Sequence record: MN445183.1 | Length of the DNA: 64,000 nt | Direction: 5' to 3' (one strand) | Shown: positions 9,346-18,382 of the stretch, piece by piece | Layout: every line of letters begins with the position of its first letter | Numbering within the stretch: position 1 is the first letter of the stretch | Program-made: the position numbers and the translations under genes | The notes under the pieces: generated by a model | The model's database searches: none | What the model was told of the DNA's origin: nothing | The model's input: only the letters and a program-made list of their open reading frames with translations

Positions 9346-10818
9346 ATGCAGCCAATAGCCACTGGCGGCGTATGCGCAACAGTAGCCGATCATGACAAGG
9401 CATTTCTTCAATTGCCCTATCGTCCGGTGCTGATTAATGACTTCGACCTGAGTATTGAAGCAGAGCGTGCGAAACTGAATGCACAGATGCGTGTCAGTTA
9501 CGATGCTGACATGTTCAGCGTAAAACCGCGTTGCTTCTGTGGGAAGTTAGAAGGGGGTGAAAAGGTAGGGCGGGTTTGTGGTAGTTGTGGTCATCCGGTA
9601 ACGGTGGTAACGGAAGAAGCCATCGAATCCCATCTGTGGTTTCAAACACCATTAGGCGTGGCGGGATACATCAACCCACAAATGTGGACATTGCTGTTCG
9701 AACCGTTTACTGTAAAAGGTTTCAATCCGCTAGAGTATTTTGCCGATCGTCAGTATTCGCCGGCGAAAGGAAGCGGGGATTATAAGAACAAAGAGATCTA
9801 TCAGCTTTGTAAGTCCATGGGTTTCCAACGTGGAATCAATAGCCTGATTGAGAACTTTGACTCCATCATGGGAACGTTATTAAATTCGCCGGTGGTGCGA
9901 AGCAGTAACATCTCATCAGAAAATCTGAGAAACTACGCGGCGCTGTACCAACAGTATCGTGATGTGATCTTCTGTCAGTATCTGCAATTGCCGTCTAAGC
10001 TGGTTTTCATCGTAGAGTCCAATGCTACTGGGCGTTACGCTGAGCCCGGTATGAAGCTGGCACAGGATGCGGCGTTAACCGTATGCGATGCACGTAAACA
10101 GATCGTCGATAAATACGACTTGAAGTTTAACGAAAACATTGCCATTAAGGTTGTGCGGCAGCTGGCCGATTTTTACAAGGCGCATGATAAAGATATCTTT
10201 GCCGGTAAGCCTGGTCTGATTCGTAAGAACATCGGTGGGTCACGCATGCCCTTTACGGCACGTTGTGTTATCACTTCAAAGACCGGCTACCACGACATGG
10301 ACGAAGTGGATATCCCACGTTGTATTGCTATTCCGCTGTTGCGTTTCCATATCGCGAACAAGCTGAAGGCACGGGGTTATCGTCCGCTGGATATCCTGAA
10401 CATGATGACGTCGGCAGTGAAACGACCAGATCCGGTGATTGAATCGGTACTGGATGAGTTGGAATTGGAAGAAACAGCACCGGGTGTATTGTCGCGCCTG
10501 ATGAAGATCTTCCTGTTACGTAACCCAACGTTACGTTGGTTGTCTAACCGTCGTTTCTGGGCACGCATTAACCGTAACCCGGATGAGATCACCATCAAGA
10601 TCTCTACACTGTCAATTAATCCATCCAACGCCGATTACGATGGCGATGAATTGAACCTGCTGTTCGTAACGGATGAGGTCATGTCCACGTTCGCAGAAGC
10701 GTTTGGTTCGCATAACTGCGTACTGGATATGAATAACCCGATTACGGTATCAGGTGATATTGGGTTACCGGCTACATTGATTTCCACGATTAACCGCTGG
10801 GCCTATAGCCACGATTAA
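9346..10818 (+). CDS. rpoC: Non-virion RNA polymerase beta' N-terminal subunit (phiKZ gp55-like)
   Basis: CxCG...CxxC zinc finger, LRNPTL motif, catalytic NADYDGDE. Confidence 0.92.
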   Translation: MQPIATGGVCATVADHDKAFLQLPYRPVLINDFDLSIEAERAKLNAQMRVSYDADMFSVKPRCFCGKLEGGEKVGRVCGSCGHPVTVVTEEAIESHLWFQTPLGVAGYINPQMWTLLFEPFTVKGFNPLEYFADRQYSPAKGSGDYKNKEIYQLCKSMGFQRGINSLIENFDSIMGTLLNSPVVRSSNISSENLRNYAALYQQYRDVIFCQYLQLPSKLVFIVESNATGRYAEPGMKLAQDAALTVCDARKQIVDKYDLKFNENIAIKVVRQLADFYKAHDKDIFAGKPGLIRKNIGGSRMPFTARCVITSKTGYHDMDEVDIPRCIAIPLLRFHIANKLKARGYRPLDILNMMTSAVKRPDPVIESVLDELELEETAPGVLSRLMKIFLLRNPTLRWLSNRRFWARINRNPDEITIKISTLSINPSNADYDGDELNLLFVTDEVMSTFAEAFGSHNCVLDMNNPITVSGDIGLPATLISTINRWAYSHD

Positions 10819-10822
10819 CATG

Positions 10823-10847
10823 AGGCGGGGCAACCCGCCTTTTATGC
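10823..10847 (+). terminator. Terminator
   Basis: AGGCGGG-GCAA-CCCGCCT then TTTATGC. Confidence 0.8.
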
Positions 10848-10857
10848 GGAGGTGTCG

Positions 10858-11550
10858 ATGAATATTTACGATGCAACGGGCAGAACCCGCGAACAGTTGT
10901 TGGAGTATGGGCAACGCCATTACAAGGAATTCAGTTTCCGTAACGAACCCTACCATCATCATGTGTCGGTGGTGTGTGACGTCCTAGACTTCGCAGCCAT
11001 GGCCGAATACGCCAAAGTCTACCTTGGCTGTACGGAGGTAGCCAACTACTATGATCGGTATATAACGTCCGGTGGATTGACTATAAACTGGGAACACATG
11101 GGCGTCCAGTACAGTGTGATCTGTTTGCACATGAACACGCTCAGCCATTACAATCACGCGGAGTTAATGGCTTTCCTCAACACACTCGTGCATGAGCAGC
11201 AACACATGCTGGTTCGGGTAGAACTTAAAACGCTTGCCAACTACATAAAGGAAGATGAACCACGGGCTTACAGCACTGGCTGGACGTTAGAGATGATCAT
11301 ACGGATCCTGCATAAACGCTGGGATCTTGCTTTGGTTTCTATGCCGGTGTGGATGGTGCCTCGTGTTCGACGACTGGATGAGCTTTGCAATGTCGTTGGG
11401 GCAAAAATCAGTTCAAACACCGTCTATTCGGGTACGTTGCGTCAATACATGGAAGGGCGGTCAGACTTGGTGTTATATAACAACCAAGAACAAAGCTGGC
11501 ATGCTACGTCGTATTGGTCCGGAGGTGAGCGTGTCAATGAAGAGATTTAA
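10858..11550 (+). CDS. Hypothetical protein with HExxH motif
   Basis: GGAGG RBS; LVHEQQH. Confidence 0.65.
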   Translation: MNIYDATGRTREQLLEYGQRHYKEFSFRNEPYHHHVSVVCDVLDFAAMAEYAKVYLGCTEVANYYDRYITSGGLTINWEHMGVQYSVICLHMNTLSHYNHAELMAFLNTLVHEQQHMLVRVELKTLANYIKEDEPRAYSTGWTLEMIIRILHKRWDLALVSMPVWMVPRVRRLDELCNVVGAKISSNTVYSGTLRQYMEGRSDLVLYNNQEQSWHATSYWSGGERVNEEI

Positions 11551-12127
11551 GCTATTGCCTTTTAAAGATAACGTCTATGTGATTTTCACACCGGATGACC
11601 TTAAAAAGGTGCGTGACATTTACGCAGCCAGTTCAGACTATCGTGGCGACATTCACAAGCTGGATAATGTTAATTCGAACTACGCGTACGTCGTGTTAAC
11701 CGAACCCGGTACAGCGTGTGCCCATTTTGTCTACTTACCTATCTGTGCGCGTCAAGGCCCAGCCACACCATGGAATCCCATGAACCCGGTGCTGGCGCGT
11801 TTTGCTACTGAGATCGTTTTGAACTGTTGTAGGGCAGTTGGGTATAACCCGATGAACGAACACACCATGTTTATTCAGCAGGTGGCGCGTGTTCAGCAAC
11901 GTATTACAGAGATCATCGCAGAGTACTTTAATGCGCGGTTGGTGATGTCATCGTGGAGCGCGTCGTATCTTGACACCAACCTTAACGAACGGCAGTGGGA
12001 GCACATCAACGCTATCAAAGCCAATACGTTAGCGGACCTGGCCAGACAGCAGTGCATGATTGAAGAAAGTGGTGTTGTTGATTTAGGTAACGATGGTCAT
12101 TGGCAATCCACAACGTACTTCTATTAA
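11537..12127 (+). CDS. Hypothetical protein
   Basis: GGAGGTG RBS; start overlaps the upstream gene (track ORF 11327 is over-extended). Confidence 0.65.
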   Translation: MKRFKLLPFKDNVYVIFTPDDLKKVRDIYAASSDYRGDIHKLDNVNSNYAYVVLTEPGTACAHFVYLPICARQGPATPWNPMNPVLARFATEIVLNCCRAVGYNPMNEHTMFIQQVARVQQRITEIIAEYFNARLVMSSWSASYLDTNLNERQWEHINAIKANTLADLARQQCMIEESGVVDLGNDGHWQSTTYFY

Positions 12128-12133
12128 TATCGC

Positions 12134-12158
12134 GCCTGGGTTCGCCCAGGCCTTTATG
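12134..12158 (+). terminator. Terminator
   Basis: GCCTGGG-TTCG-CCCAGGC then CTTTATG. Confidence 0.7.
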
Positions 12159-12178
12159 ACAGTTTTAAGGAAACCCGT

Positions 12179-12499
12179 ATGGATTTACTCAACGAAGCAT
12201 ACGAACGCGACGCAGGACGCGATACAGCTAACCTGGTACGTATAGACGGTGCTTATTTTCATGGCTTCTGTGATGAAGGCGATGATCTCGTCTACACACA
12301 AGGTCCGGTTAAGCCCATCGTGGAAGAAGGTGTTCACGATGTGACAGTTTACGGTGTCAAAGCCAAGCTGTATTACTGGAAAGCCATTGCGCCTTATTGG
12401 CCTGGCGGTAAACGGGGTCGTGGGTTAGTTGTATTAGAAGGTACCGATTCTGAAGTCGATGCCAAAGCAAAATTCAAACGTAAACAGGACGGTTTATAA
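12179..12499 (+). CDS. Hypothetical protein
   Basis: AAGGA RBS, 106 aa. Confidence 0.7.
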   Translation: MDLLNEAYERDAGRDTANLVRIDGAYFHGFCDEGDDLVYTQGPVKPIVEEGVHDVTVYGVKAKLYYWKAIAPYWPGGKRGRGLVVLEGTDSEVDAKAKFKRKQDGL

Positions 12500-13185
12500 T
12501 GTCAAGCTACGCAGCTATTAATATTCGCCTTAAGTTAAAGAAAGATGCACCAGAACATGTCCGCCAGTTCCTGGATACGTACTTCTTCAAAACCGACATT
12601 GAGAAAGCAATGGCCGATCTGGAAAATGCACCACTAACACCTCTGTGTGCATTGAAGTATTATCCGGATGGGGTAGATAACTTAACCAGCATGATTGCTC
12701 AGTGCTCATCCTTCCACAAACACTGGTGCTGGCGGGTAAAAGAAGACCACGCCGATTACACGCTGTATGAGTCCAAGGCCAGCTGCACACATAACTCCAC
12801 GGATGAAGATCTGTTGGTGTTGTTGACGTCTGGTCTGTTAGGGTATCTGGTGGTAAGCGACGGCGATGTGTTGGCTCGTGTGATCTACGAAGAATCCAGC
12901 CAAGAACGTGTGGTGATCTTCAATGCAGCTGAAAGCCATACTGAAGTCACTGACGGGTATCAGCACAAGTGGAGCGATCGCAGCGGGGATGGTTCTCACC
13001 CTCGTGAAGAGTCGCAGTATTACGATCATGTATTAACCGATGACAAAAGCGTTGATCGCTTCTCTCGTTTGGTTGCCACCAACAACGAGTTCTATCCGCC
13101 GTGGAACATCGCTGAAATCGTAGCACTGAACAATGAAAACAAAAAGGAGTGGGATGAAGAAATGTCCGCTCAGTGGTGGGGGTGA
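12499..13185 (+). CDS. Hypothetical protein
   Basis: TAATG coupling to upstream gene, 228 aa. Confidence 0.7.
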   Translation: MSSYAAINIRLKLKKDAPEHVRQFLDTYFFKTDIEKAMADLENAPLTPLCALKYYPDGVDNLTSMIAQCSSFHKHWCWRVKEDHADYTLYESKASCTHNSTDEDLLVLLTSGLLGYLVVSDGDVLARVIYEESSQERVVIFNAAESHTEVTDGYQHKWSDRSGDGSHPREESQYYDHVLTDDKSVDRFSRLVATNNEFYPPWNIAEIVALNNENKKEWDEEMSAQWWG

Positions 13186-13186
13186 T

Positions 13187-13264
13187 ATGAAAATATCCAT
13201 CTGTGCTTCGGTGGGTTTGGTGACGCTGTATTTTAGTTTGGCTTACATGTTAGGGTTTTTGTGA
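13187..13264 (+). CDS. Putative 25-aa hydrophobic peptide
   Basis: MKISICASVGLVTLYFSLAYMLGFL; ATG 1 nt after upstream stop; GGGGGTG before the start. Confidence 0.35.
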   Translation: MKISICASVGLVTLYFSLAYMLGFL

Positions 13265-13281
13265 TCCAAACGAGTACATGC

Positions 13282-13297
13282 CTACATTACCCAGGTG
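13282..13297 (+). promoter_or_regulatory. Promoter motif copy
   Basis: CTACATTACCCAGGTG. Confidence 0.65.
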
Positions 13298-13369
13298 CAG
13301 CCTAGTAAAACCGTACATTAGGCTGTGATCTTATACGAAGTGATGACGAACATACAAGGGGGGTAAATC

Positions 13370-13999
13370 GTGTTCATACCAGGGGGCTACGACTCAATTT
13401 CGGCTGTTATGGGTGGGACGAGACCTGCTGAAAGCACCATGACCTATTTTGATAACCAATATCAAAACATGATGCAAGCGGCGCAAACAATCGGTAACAG
13501 CGCGTTGTCGCAGATTTATCAAATTGCGCAGCAAACCTATCAGCACGTTATCGATACTCGTCCGTGGGAAATTGCTGAAGCATTGTCACGCCAGGTATCA
13601 CACATGTTCGACCCTAATGCCATTAAGCCGTTAACGACGTTAGCAGAGTTGCAAACGGCGAAACCGGTAATGCAGCGTTGGATTATGGCGTGTCCTGATA
13701 TCCGTGAAATGTATCACAATCAACAAATCGACGGTTACTCCGATACGTACCAGGATGCACAACCTGGCATGGTTGGAATTAACCATTACGATTGGCGTCG
13801 TGCAACGAACAGCATGGCGACGCTGAATGAAGAAACGAACGACTGGACATCAACCACCTTCACTGAAGAGTTGATTGAACACGATCGTGAATTGGCGTTC
13901 CACGAAAAATGTGACATCAAGATCACTTGGGGTCAGTGCATGAACTTCATGCAATCCCAGGCGTACGATCCAACGTCGGTGTGGAACAACAAACTGTAA
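13370..13999 (+). CDS. Conserved Chimalliviridae protein (phiKZ gp59-like, possible import factor)
   Basis: 209 aa, QRWIMACP and YDWRRATN motifs; own promoter and terminator; ortholog assignment from memory and synteny. Confidence 0.55.
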   Translation: MFIPGGYDSISAVMGGTRPAESTMTYFDNQYQNMMQAAQTIGNSALSQIYQIAQQTYQHVIDTRPWEIAEALSRQVSHMFDPNAIKPLTTLAELQTAKPVMQRWIMACPDIREMYHNQQIDGYSDTYQDAQPGMVGINHYDWRRATNSMATLNEETNDWTSTTFTEELIEHDRELAFHEKCDIKITWGQCMNFMQSQAYDPTSVWNNKL

Positions 14000-14006
14000 T
14001 AAACTG

Positions 14007-14031
14007 GCCTGGGGTAAAACCCAGGCTTTTA
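14007..14031 (+). terminator. Terminator
   Basis: GCCTGGG-GTAAAA-CCCAGGC-TTTT. Confidence 0.75.
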
Positions 14032-14052
14032 TAACGATTAGAGGTAATTGAC

Positions 14053-14322
14053 ATGTTGACTATTAATGAACTTACTGCTGAGCATAACGACCAAACAGCT
14101 ATCGGTGTTGGGCAGCCAAGCAGCTCAGATTTCCGTTTATATTTTAACGAGCCAGCGGGTAAAGTGGTTAAAATGCGTAGCCCTGATTTGCAGGTCGGTG
14201 AATATAAAGTGTTTGTTGGTCCTGCTTTTATTACGTTGACCAACACTTTAACCGGTCTGCGTTCTAACTTTACACGAGACAATGACGCCGTGTACCGTTA
14301 TCTTCCCCCGTTAGGCATTTGA
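14053..14322 (+). CDS. Hypothetical protein
   Basis: GAGGT RBS, 89 aa. Confidence 0.6.
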   Translation: MLTINELTAEHNDQTAIGVGQPSSSDFRLYFNEPAGKVVKMRSPDLQVGEYKVFVGPAFITLTNTLTGLRSNFTRDNDAVYRYLPPLGI

Positions 14323-14340
14323 TAGTTAGAGGTAATTAAG

Positions 14341-14535
14341 ATGTTTCCTGGATTCGAACAATTCGACCAGATCTTTTCTGACAAGCAAAAACAAGCAGAG
14401 CCTAAGACTCCGCAGTATTCGCCAGAGAACCCTTTATACACCTACGGTTCTGGTACCACCGTAGTGAATGGACAACAGCTATATACCGTTGGTACCGCCT
14501 CTAACCAAAAACAACATAACCTGTACTCGTATTAA
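14341..14535 (+). CDS. Hypothetical protein
   Basis: GAGGT RBS, 64 aa. Confidence 0.55.
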   Translation: MFPGFEQFDQIFSDKQKQAEPKTPQYSPENPLYTYGSGTTVVNGQQLYTVGTASNQKQHNLYSY

Positions 14536-14545
14536 GGAAACCCAT

Positions 14546-15040
14546 ATGAAAGAGAATTCCACCCATGCTGAAGAAGCTGGCGATGAAACCTACGCATTAC
14601 CAGCTGATGCGTCACGTAAGCCAATGCTCGGCGATTGGATGGCACAAGGCGACAAAGGTGTGGTTGTGCAGGTTATTCCTGATGATCACATGCCGACTAA
14701 TGTGGAAGGTAAGAAAGCAGAAGTACTGACCACACCCCGTATAACTACGCTGTACCCTGATATAAGTGAAACGGTCATTGTGGTTCACGCTAAACCAAAA
14801 TCATCTGCTCACCATCAACGTCACGGCTACAGCCGCCGTAAAGCAAAGCGTGCTTACCAGCCTCGCTACAAATACATGCTGAAAGTGTCCAAGTTCTGGG
14901 ATCCACTGATAACCCATCTTCAAACCTTCGATATCCCTACGCGTTCAGATGTCCACATGGAACAGTTCATGGGACGTATTCGTGACAAATTAGAAGTCGG
15001 TAGCTTCACGCGGCCGACTAAACCAACACCTCACGGCTAA
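14546..15040 (+). CDS. Orphan protein carrying an RNA polymerase beta-subunit fragment
   Basis: AAGGA RBS; GDWMAQGDKGVVVQVIPDDHMPTNVEGKKAEVLTTP resembles the RpoB [13 protein letters not shown]...MP...G motif. Confidence 0.65.
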   Translation: MKENSTHAEEAGDETYALPADASRKPMLGDWMAQGDKGVVVQVIPDDHMPTNVEGKKAEVLTTPRITTLYPDISETVIVVHAKPKSSAHHQRHGYSRRKAKRAYQPRYKYMLKVSKFWDPLITHLQTFDIPTRSDVHMEQFMGRIRDKLEVGSFTRPTKPTPHG

Positions 15041-15055
15041 CAAAAGGAAAGTATA

Positions 15056-15538
15056 ATGGGTCTGAATAAGAAAGCATTAAAGTTGGCGGGTTTCAAGCGT
15101 TGCGGGTTGGGTGCAAAGCATCTCTTTAAATCATATCAGATGCTGGGTAATGACCCCGGTATGGCTGCTGGTTCCATGGTGCATATAAAGGCACATCTAA
15201 TCAGCCTCAGCAAAGCGCCATGGAAGTATGGAAAGTTCCCACAAAAACCCCCCAAGTATCGCTACGAGATCGGTGAAGCGAATCTGCTAATTGGGATGGT
15301 ACCGACATCACCAAATCCGATTGTTAAAGAGGTCGACGCGGATCATGTCGATCTGACTATTGAGTTCACGGCTATTAAATCAGGCTATGAACCAATCAAC
15401 CGTGAGATGGCTGAAGGTATGTCGGCAGGTAGTTTCCCGAGCATCACACCTAAGCCTTCTGCACTGCGTTCCGTTCTGACTAATATGCATGTGGCTGCCG
15501 TCGCTACCGGGATGAAGAAAGTCTGGGGTAAATTTTAA
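15056..15538 (+). CDS. Hypothetical protein
   Basis: AAGGA RBS, 160 aa. Confidence 0.65.
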   Translation: MGLNKKALKLAGFKRCGLGAKHLFKSYQMLGNDPGMAAGSMVHIKAHLISLSKAPWKYGKFPQKPPKYRYEIGEANLLIGMVPTSPNPIVKEVDADHVDLTIEFTAIKSGYEPINREMAEGMSAGSFPSITPKPSALRSVLTNMHVAAVATGMKKVWGKF

Positions 15539-15873
15539 TGTCGGTACCGTTTAATGCTGGTCATTATAAAAGAAAGGGCCGTTTGCGCAATGACCCTTTG
15601 TATCACGGCGATCAGTGTGAGTTGTTGTATCATCAGATCGCTGCGCTTAAGATCCAGTGCAAACTGTACGCTGATCTGCTAAAGGATGATAAGTCTAAAG
15701 GCAATCGTGACATGTTCAACTGGTTAGTCGAACAGGTCCGTATCTTTAAAGTGCGTTATGAGTACGCGTACTTATTGTCAGCTGCACCGGATAAGCGCGG
15801 TAATGAAAAGTCATACCAGTACCGTGTTAATAGTCTGGCCAAACAACTGGGTATTAGAAATGGCAATGAGTAA
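15538..15873 (+). CDS. Hypothetical protein
   Basis: TAATG coupling, 111 aa. Confidence 0.6.
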   Translation: MSVPFNAGHYKRKGRLRNDPLYHGDQCELLYHQIAALKIQCKLYADLLKDDKSKGNRDMFNWLVEQVRIFKVRYEYAYLLSAAPDKRGNEKSYQYRVNSLAKQLGIRNGNE

Positions 15874-16069
15874 GCGTGCATTAATCAAGCAGTCAAAGTC
15901 GTTCTTTCGTCGCCGTTCTATTAAGCTGAACATAACGGTGGTGGACTTAGCTGGCGTAATGGCGATGCCTGGCAAAGTAAGTCGTAAACCCATTGATGGC
16001 AAATACCACTACTACCGTATTGAACCACGGGAGTCTGGCATTGGCAAACTAATGGAAGACGTGTTGTAA
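15860..16069 (+). CDS. Small basic hypothetical protein
   Basis: ATG overlaps upstream gene; ends just before a terminator. Confidence 0.5.
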   Translation: MAMSKRALIKQSKSFFRRRSIKLNITVVDLAGVMAMPGKVSRKPIDGKYHYYRIEPRESGIGKLMEDVL

Positions 16070-16072
16070 TCC

Positions 16073-16102
16073 AGGTAGGGGGTAACACCCCTACCTTTAT
16101 GC
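16073..16102 (+). terminator. Terminator
   Basis: AGGTAGGGG-GTAACA-CCCCTACCT then TTATGC. Confidence 0.8.
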
Positions 16103-16152
16103 TGATCAGTTCTTTTATTTTTTGTTTATTTAAGCTGTAGATCTTTTCAGAC

Positions 16153-16168
16153 CTACATTACTGCGGTG
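16153..16168 (+). promoter_or_regulatory. Promoter motif copy
   Basis: CTACATTACTGCGGTG. Confidence 0.65.
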
Positions 16169-16203
16169 ATGAAACAATTTAAACATTACTTGTGAGGTGT
16201 GTT

Positions 16204-16737
16204 ATGAACGATTTAAAATTCCACATTGAAAACATCAAGCGGTCTATTGATGTCCTTGCCAACGAACAGAACCAAAAAGAAACTGCATTAGCCATTACGG
16301 AGTTGATGGAAGACCCCAACTTCCAAATACTGTTTAACCTTAAACTCCAACGTAAAGTTATTCACGAACGTGAACTGTCAGAGCTACTTGGGTTGAAACG
16401 CGGTTCTATTGATATTGCTGATCAAATCTTTCAGTTCAACCATGACTGGAACTTTACCAAGGATGGTAACTTTATGGTTAGATCGCAAGAACCTGATCGC
16501 ACCAGAATGTTCTTTCTCCCTTATACCGACACCTTTGTCTTTCGTGTTGTCGAAGCTGATGACGATCAAACTGCATTCAAAGGCGTTAACAACTTCACTA
16601 TTGGGTTCCTTAAACCCGGTGATGACACACTTTATAAAGTCCAGTTTGTCACCCATTTGCACTTTGCCAGTCACGAGATGGTGACTGCACTTAAAGCATT
16701 GGCGCCGGACTTCACGGTGTTCGTAACAAAAATGTAA
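16204..16737 (+). CDS. Hypothetical protein
   Basis: GAGGTG RBS; downstream of promoter motif. Confidence 0.65.
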   Translation: MNDLKFHIENIKRSIDVLANEQNQKETALAITELMEDPNFQILFNLKLQRKVIHERELSELLGLKRGSIDIADQIFQFNHDWNFTKDGNFMVRSQEPDRTRMFFLPYTDTFVFRVVEADDDQTAFKGVNNFTIGFLKPGDDTLYKVQFVTHLHFASHEMVTALKALAPDFTVFVTKM

Positions 16738-16763
16738 TTTTTAAGTTCCAGATTTTTTCAAGT

Positions 16764-16779
16764 CTATATAACTGAGGTG
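16764..16779 (+). promoter_or_regulatory. Promoter motif variant
   Basis: CTATATAACTGAGGTG preceded by ATTTTTT. Confidence 0.55.
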
Positions 16780-16832
16780 AATGAGAACAATAAAGAATGT
16801 TCTCCCTATCCGCAACCTGTGAGGATCTACCC

Positions 16833-17042
16833 ATGTCTAAAGCTAAACTCATTACCGCCGTTGTTTCCCTGGCCGTTATTGGCGCTGCGTATTACAAAGG
16901 CCGTCAGCTGAAAGCCAAGATCATCGAAGCGATGAATGAAATGGAAGCCAAGGCTGAAGAAGCCCCGATTGTTGAAGCCGCGAAAGACGTAAAAGCAGAT
17001 GACGGTAAAGTCGATACGCTGAACGCTTCTTCCGCAGTTTAA
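16833..17042 (+). CDS. Small single-pass membrane protein
   Basis: GAGGA RBS; LITAVVSLAVIGAAYY hydrophobic segment. Confidence 0.65.
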   Translation: MSKAKLITAVVSLAVIGAAYYKGRQLKAKIIEAMNEMEAKAEEAPIVEAAKDVKADDGKVDTLNASSAV

Positions 17043-17108
17043 GTTATACCCAACCCAATTCGTAGCACACACCAAATTAAATAATCCCATACTCGTAAGG
17101 AATACCCA

Positions 17109-17351
17109 ATGAAAACTGAAAACAACGCAAACACTGTAAACGTATCTGGCCAGATCGAAGTTGTTGCTGTATCTTCCGCAACCCGTCGCATGAAGAAAGT
17201 TGCGATCTGGGGTACCGCGATCGCCGCAGTTGCTGCTGCCGGTTACTACGGCTACAAGTTTTACCAGAAAGGTAAAACCGTCATTGAAGTTGTGATCAGC
17301 GAAGACGCTGCCCCAGCAGACGAAGCCGCAGCTGAACCAGCTGCTAACTAA
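17109..17351 (+). CDS. Small single-pass membrane protein
   Basis: AAGGA RBS; VAIWGTAIAAVAAAGYYGY. Confidence 0.65.
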   Translation: MKTENNANTVNVSGQIEVVAVSSATRRMKKVAIWGTAIAAVAAAGYYGYKFYQKGKTVIEVVISEDAAPADEAAAEPAAN

Positions 17352-17413
17352 TCCCCAACCCCTTGGCCTCTAAGGAGGCCATTCTTTTTACCTTGACCTG
17401 TGAGATATCTACC

Positions 17414-17872
17414 ATGACTACTTTCTTCGACGACTACTTCTGGGCTATTGCTGGCATTCTGCTGTTCATCATCTTCGTGATGGGTTCTTTCTTTTACAGC
17501 GTTACCAATACACACGCACACCGTGCAGCTCTGGCTTGGATCGGTAAAGAACTTAATCTGGTAGATTATTCCTACCAGGCCAACTTACGCACTTGCATGC
17601 GTAACCTCGATAAGGAACTGAATTTTGGGCGCAGTGAGTTATACGCCCAGAATCTCCGCAACGACGTCAAGTTGGTAAACGACGCTGAATCTGATCTTTT
17701 AACCAGCCGTCAGCAGTTAACGCTGCTTGACTCGCTGTTGGGTACAAGAACAAAAACTCACCACACCCGCAAAATCACCAAAGCCCGTACCGTGAAAGAA
17801 GTCGTTGAAATCGCCGTACGCCATGTACGCGATAACGAAGTCTCAATCGCACCACGCGCTTTGTTCGATTGA
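17414..17872 (+). CDS. N-terminally anchored membrane protein
   Basis: YFWAIAGILLFIIFVMGSFFY hydrophobic helix. Confidence 0.6.
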   Translation: MTTFFDDYFWAIAGILLFIIFVMGSFFYSVTNTHAHRAALAWIGKELNLVDYSYQANLRTCMRNLDKELNFGRSELYAQNLRNDVKLVNDAESDLLTSRQQLTLLDSLLGTRTKTHHTRKITKARTVKEVVEIAVRHVRDNEVSIAPRALFD

Positions 17873-17884
17873 TGTTGCTGAATT

Positions 17885-17934
17885 GGCCGCCGAGTGCGGC
17901 CAAGCCCAGTTGTTCCCCTGGGCTTTTTTTTTTT
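17885..17934 (+). terminator. Tandem hairpins with long U tract
   Basis: GGCCGC-CGAGT-GCGGCC; AAGCCCAG-TTGTTCCC-CTGGGCTT then T run. Confidence 0.75.
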
Positions 17935-17972
17935 GGTTTATCTTTATGTAGAACCAGCATAGAGGAACCAAT

Positions 17973-18380
17973 ATGGCAGCGCAAAAGGTAGTCCCTACCA
18001 TGTCCATTGACGGATGGGTAGTTGGGGTGAAACAGCGTATCGATCGGCTATTTGCTTACTGGCTGGCAAACCAGAAATCCCAGTCTTATGTGAGTCGGGC
18101 CAGTATCGTCTCATTTCAGTGGGACATCCAACAGTATAACAACTCGCCGGAAGAACTTGCTACCGTTTCAGCACGTAACTTAGAGAACTACCTAAGCAAT
18201 CATTTTGATGCTGCAACGGTAACGTCCACGATTAAGTACCCAGGTGGTGAGCGCAGTGGTAGCTTCTTCCATCTGGAATTCGATGTCAAGGTCCGCGAAA
18301 AGGATATCGGTTACGATGTAGGTCGTACCTTGATAGAAGTTAAAGACGGTATCTTCCGTCGTATCATTGAAGGTCAATAA
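17973..18380 (+). CDS. Conserved jumbo-phage protein (phiKZ gp63-like, possibly virion)
   Basis: GAGGA RBS; VPTMSIDGW N-terminal motif; synteny before SbcD. Confidence 0.6.
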   Translation: MAAQKVVPTMSIDGWVVGVKQRIDRLFAYWLANQKSQSYVSRASIVSFQWDIQQYNNSPEELATVSARNLENYLSNHFDAATVTSTIKYPGGERSGSFFHLEFDVKVREKDIGYDVGRTLIEVKDGIFRRIIEGQ

Positions 18381-18382
18381 CA

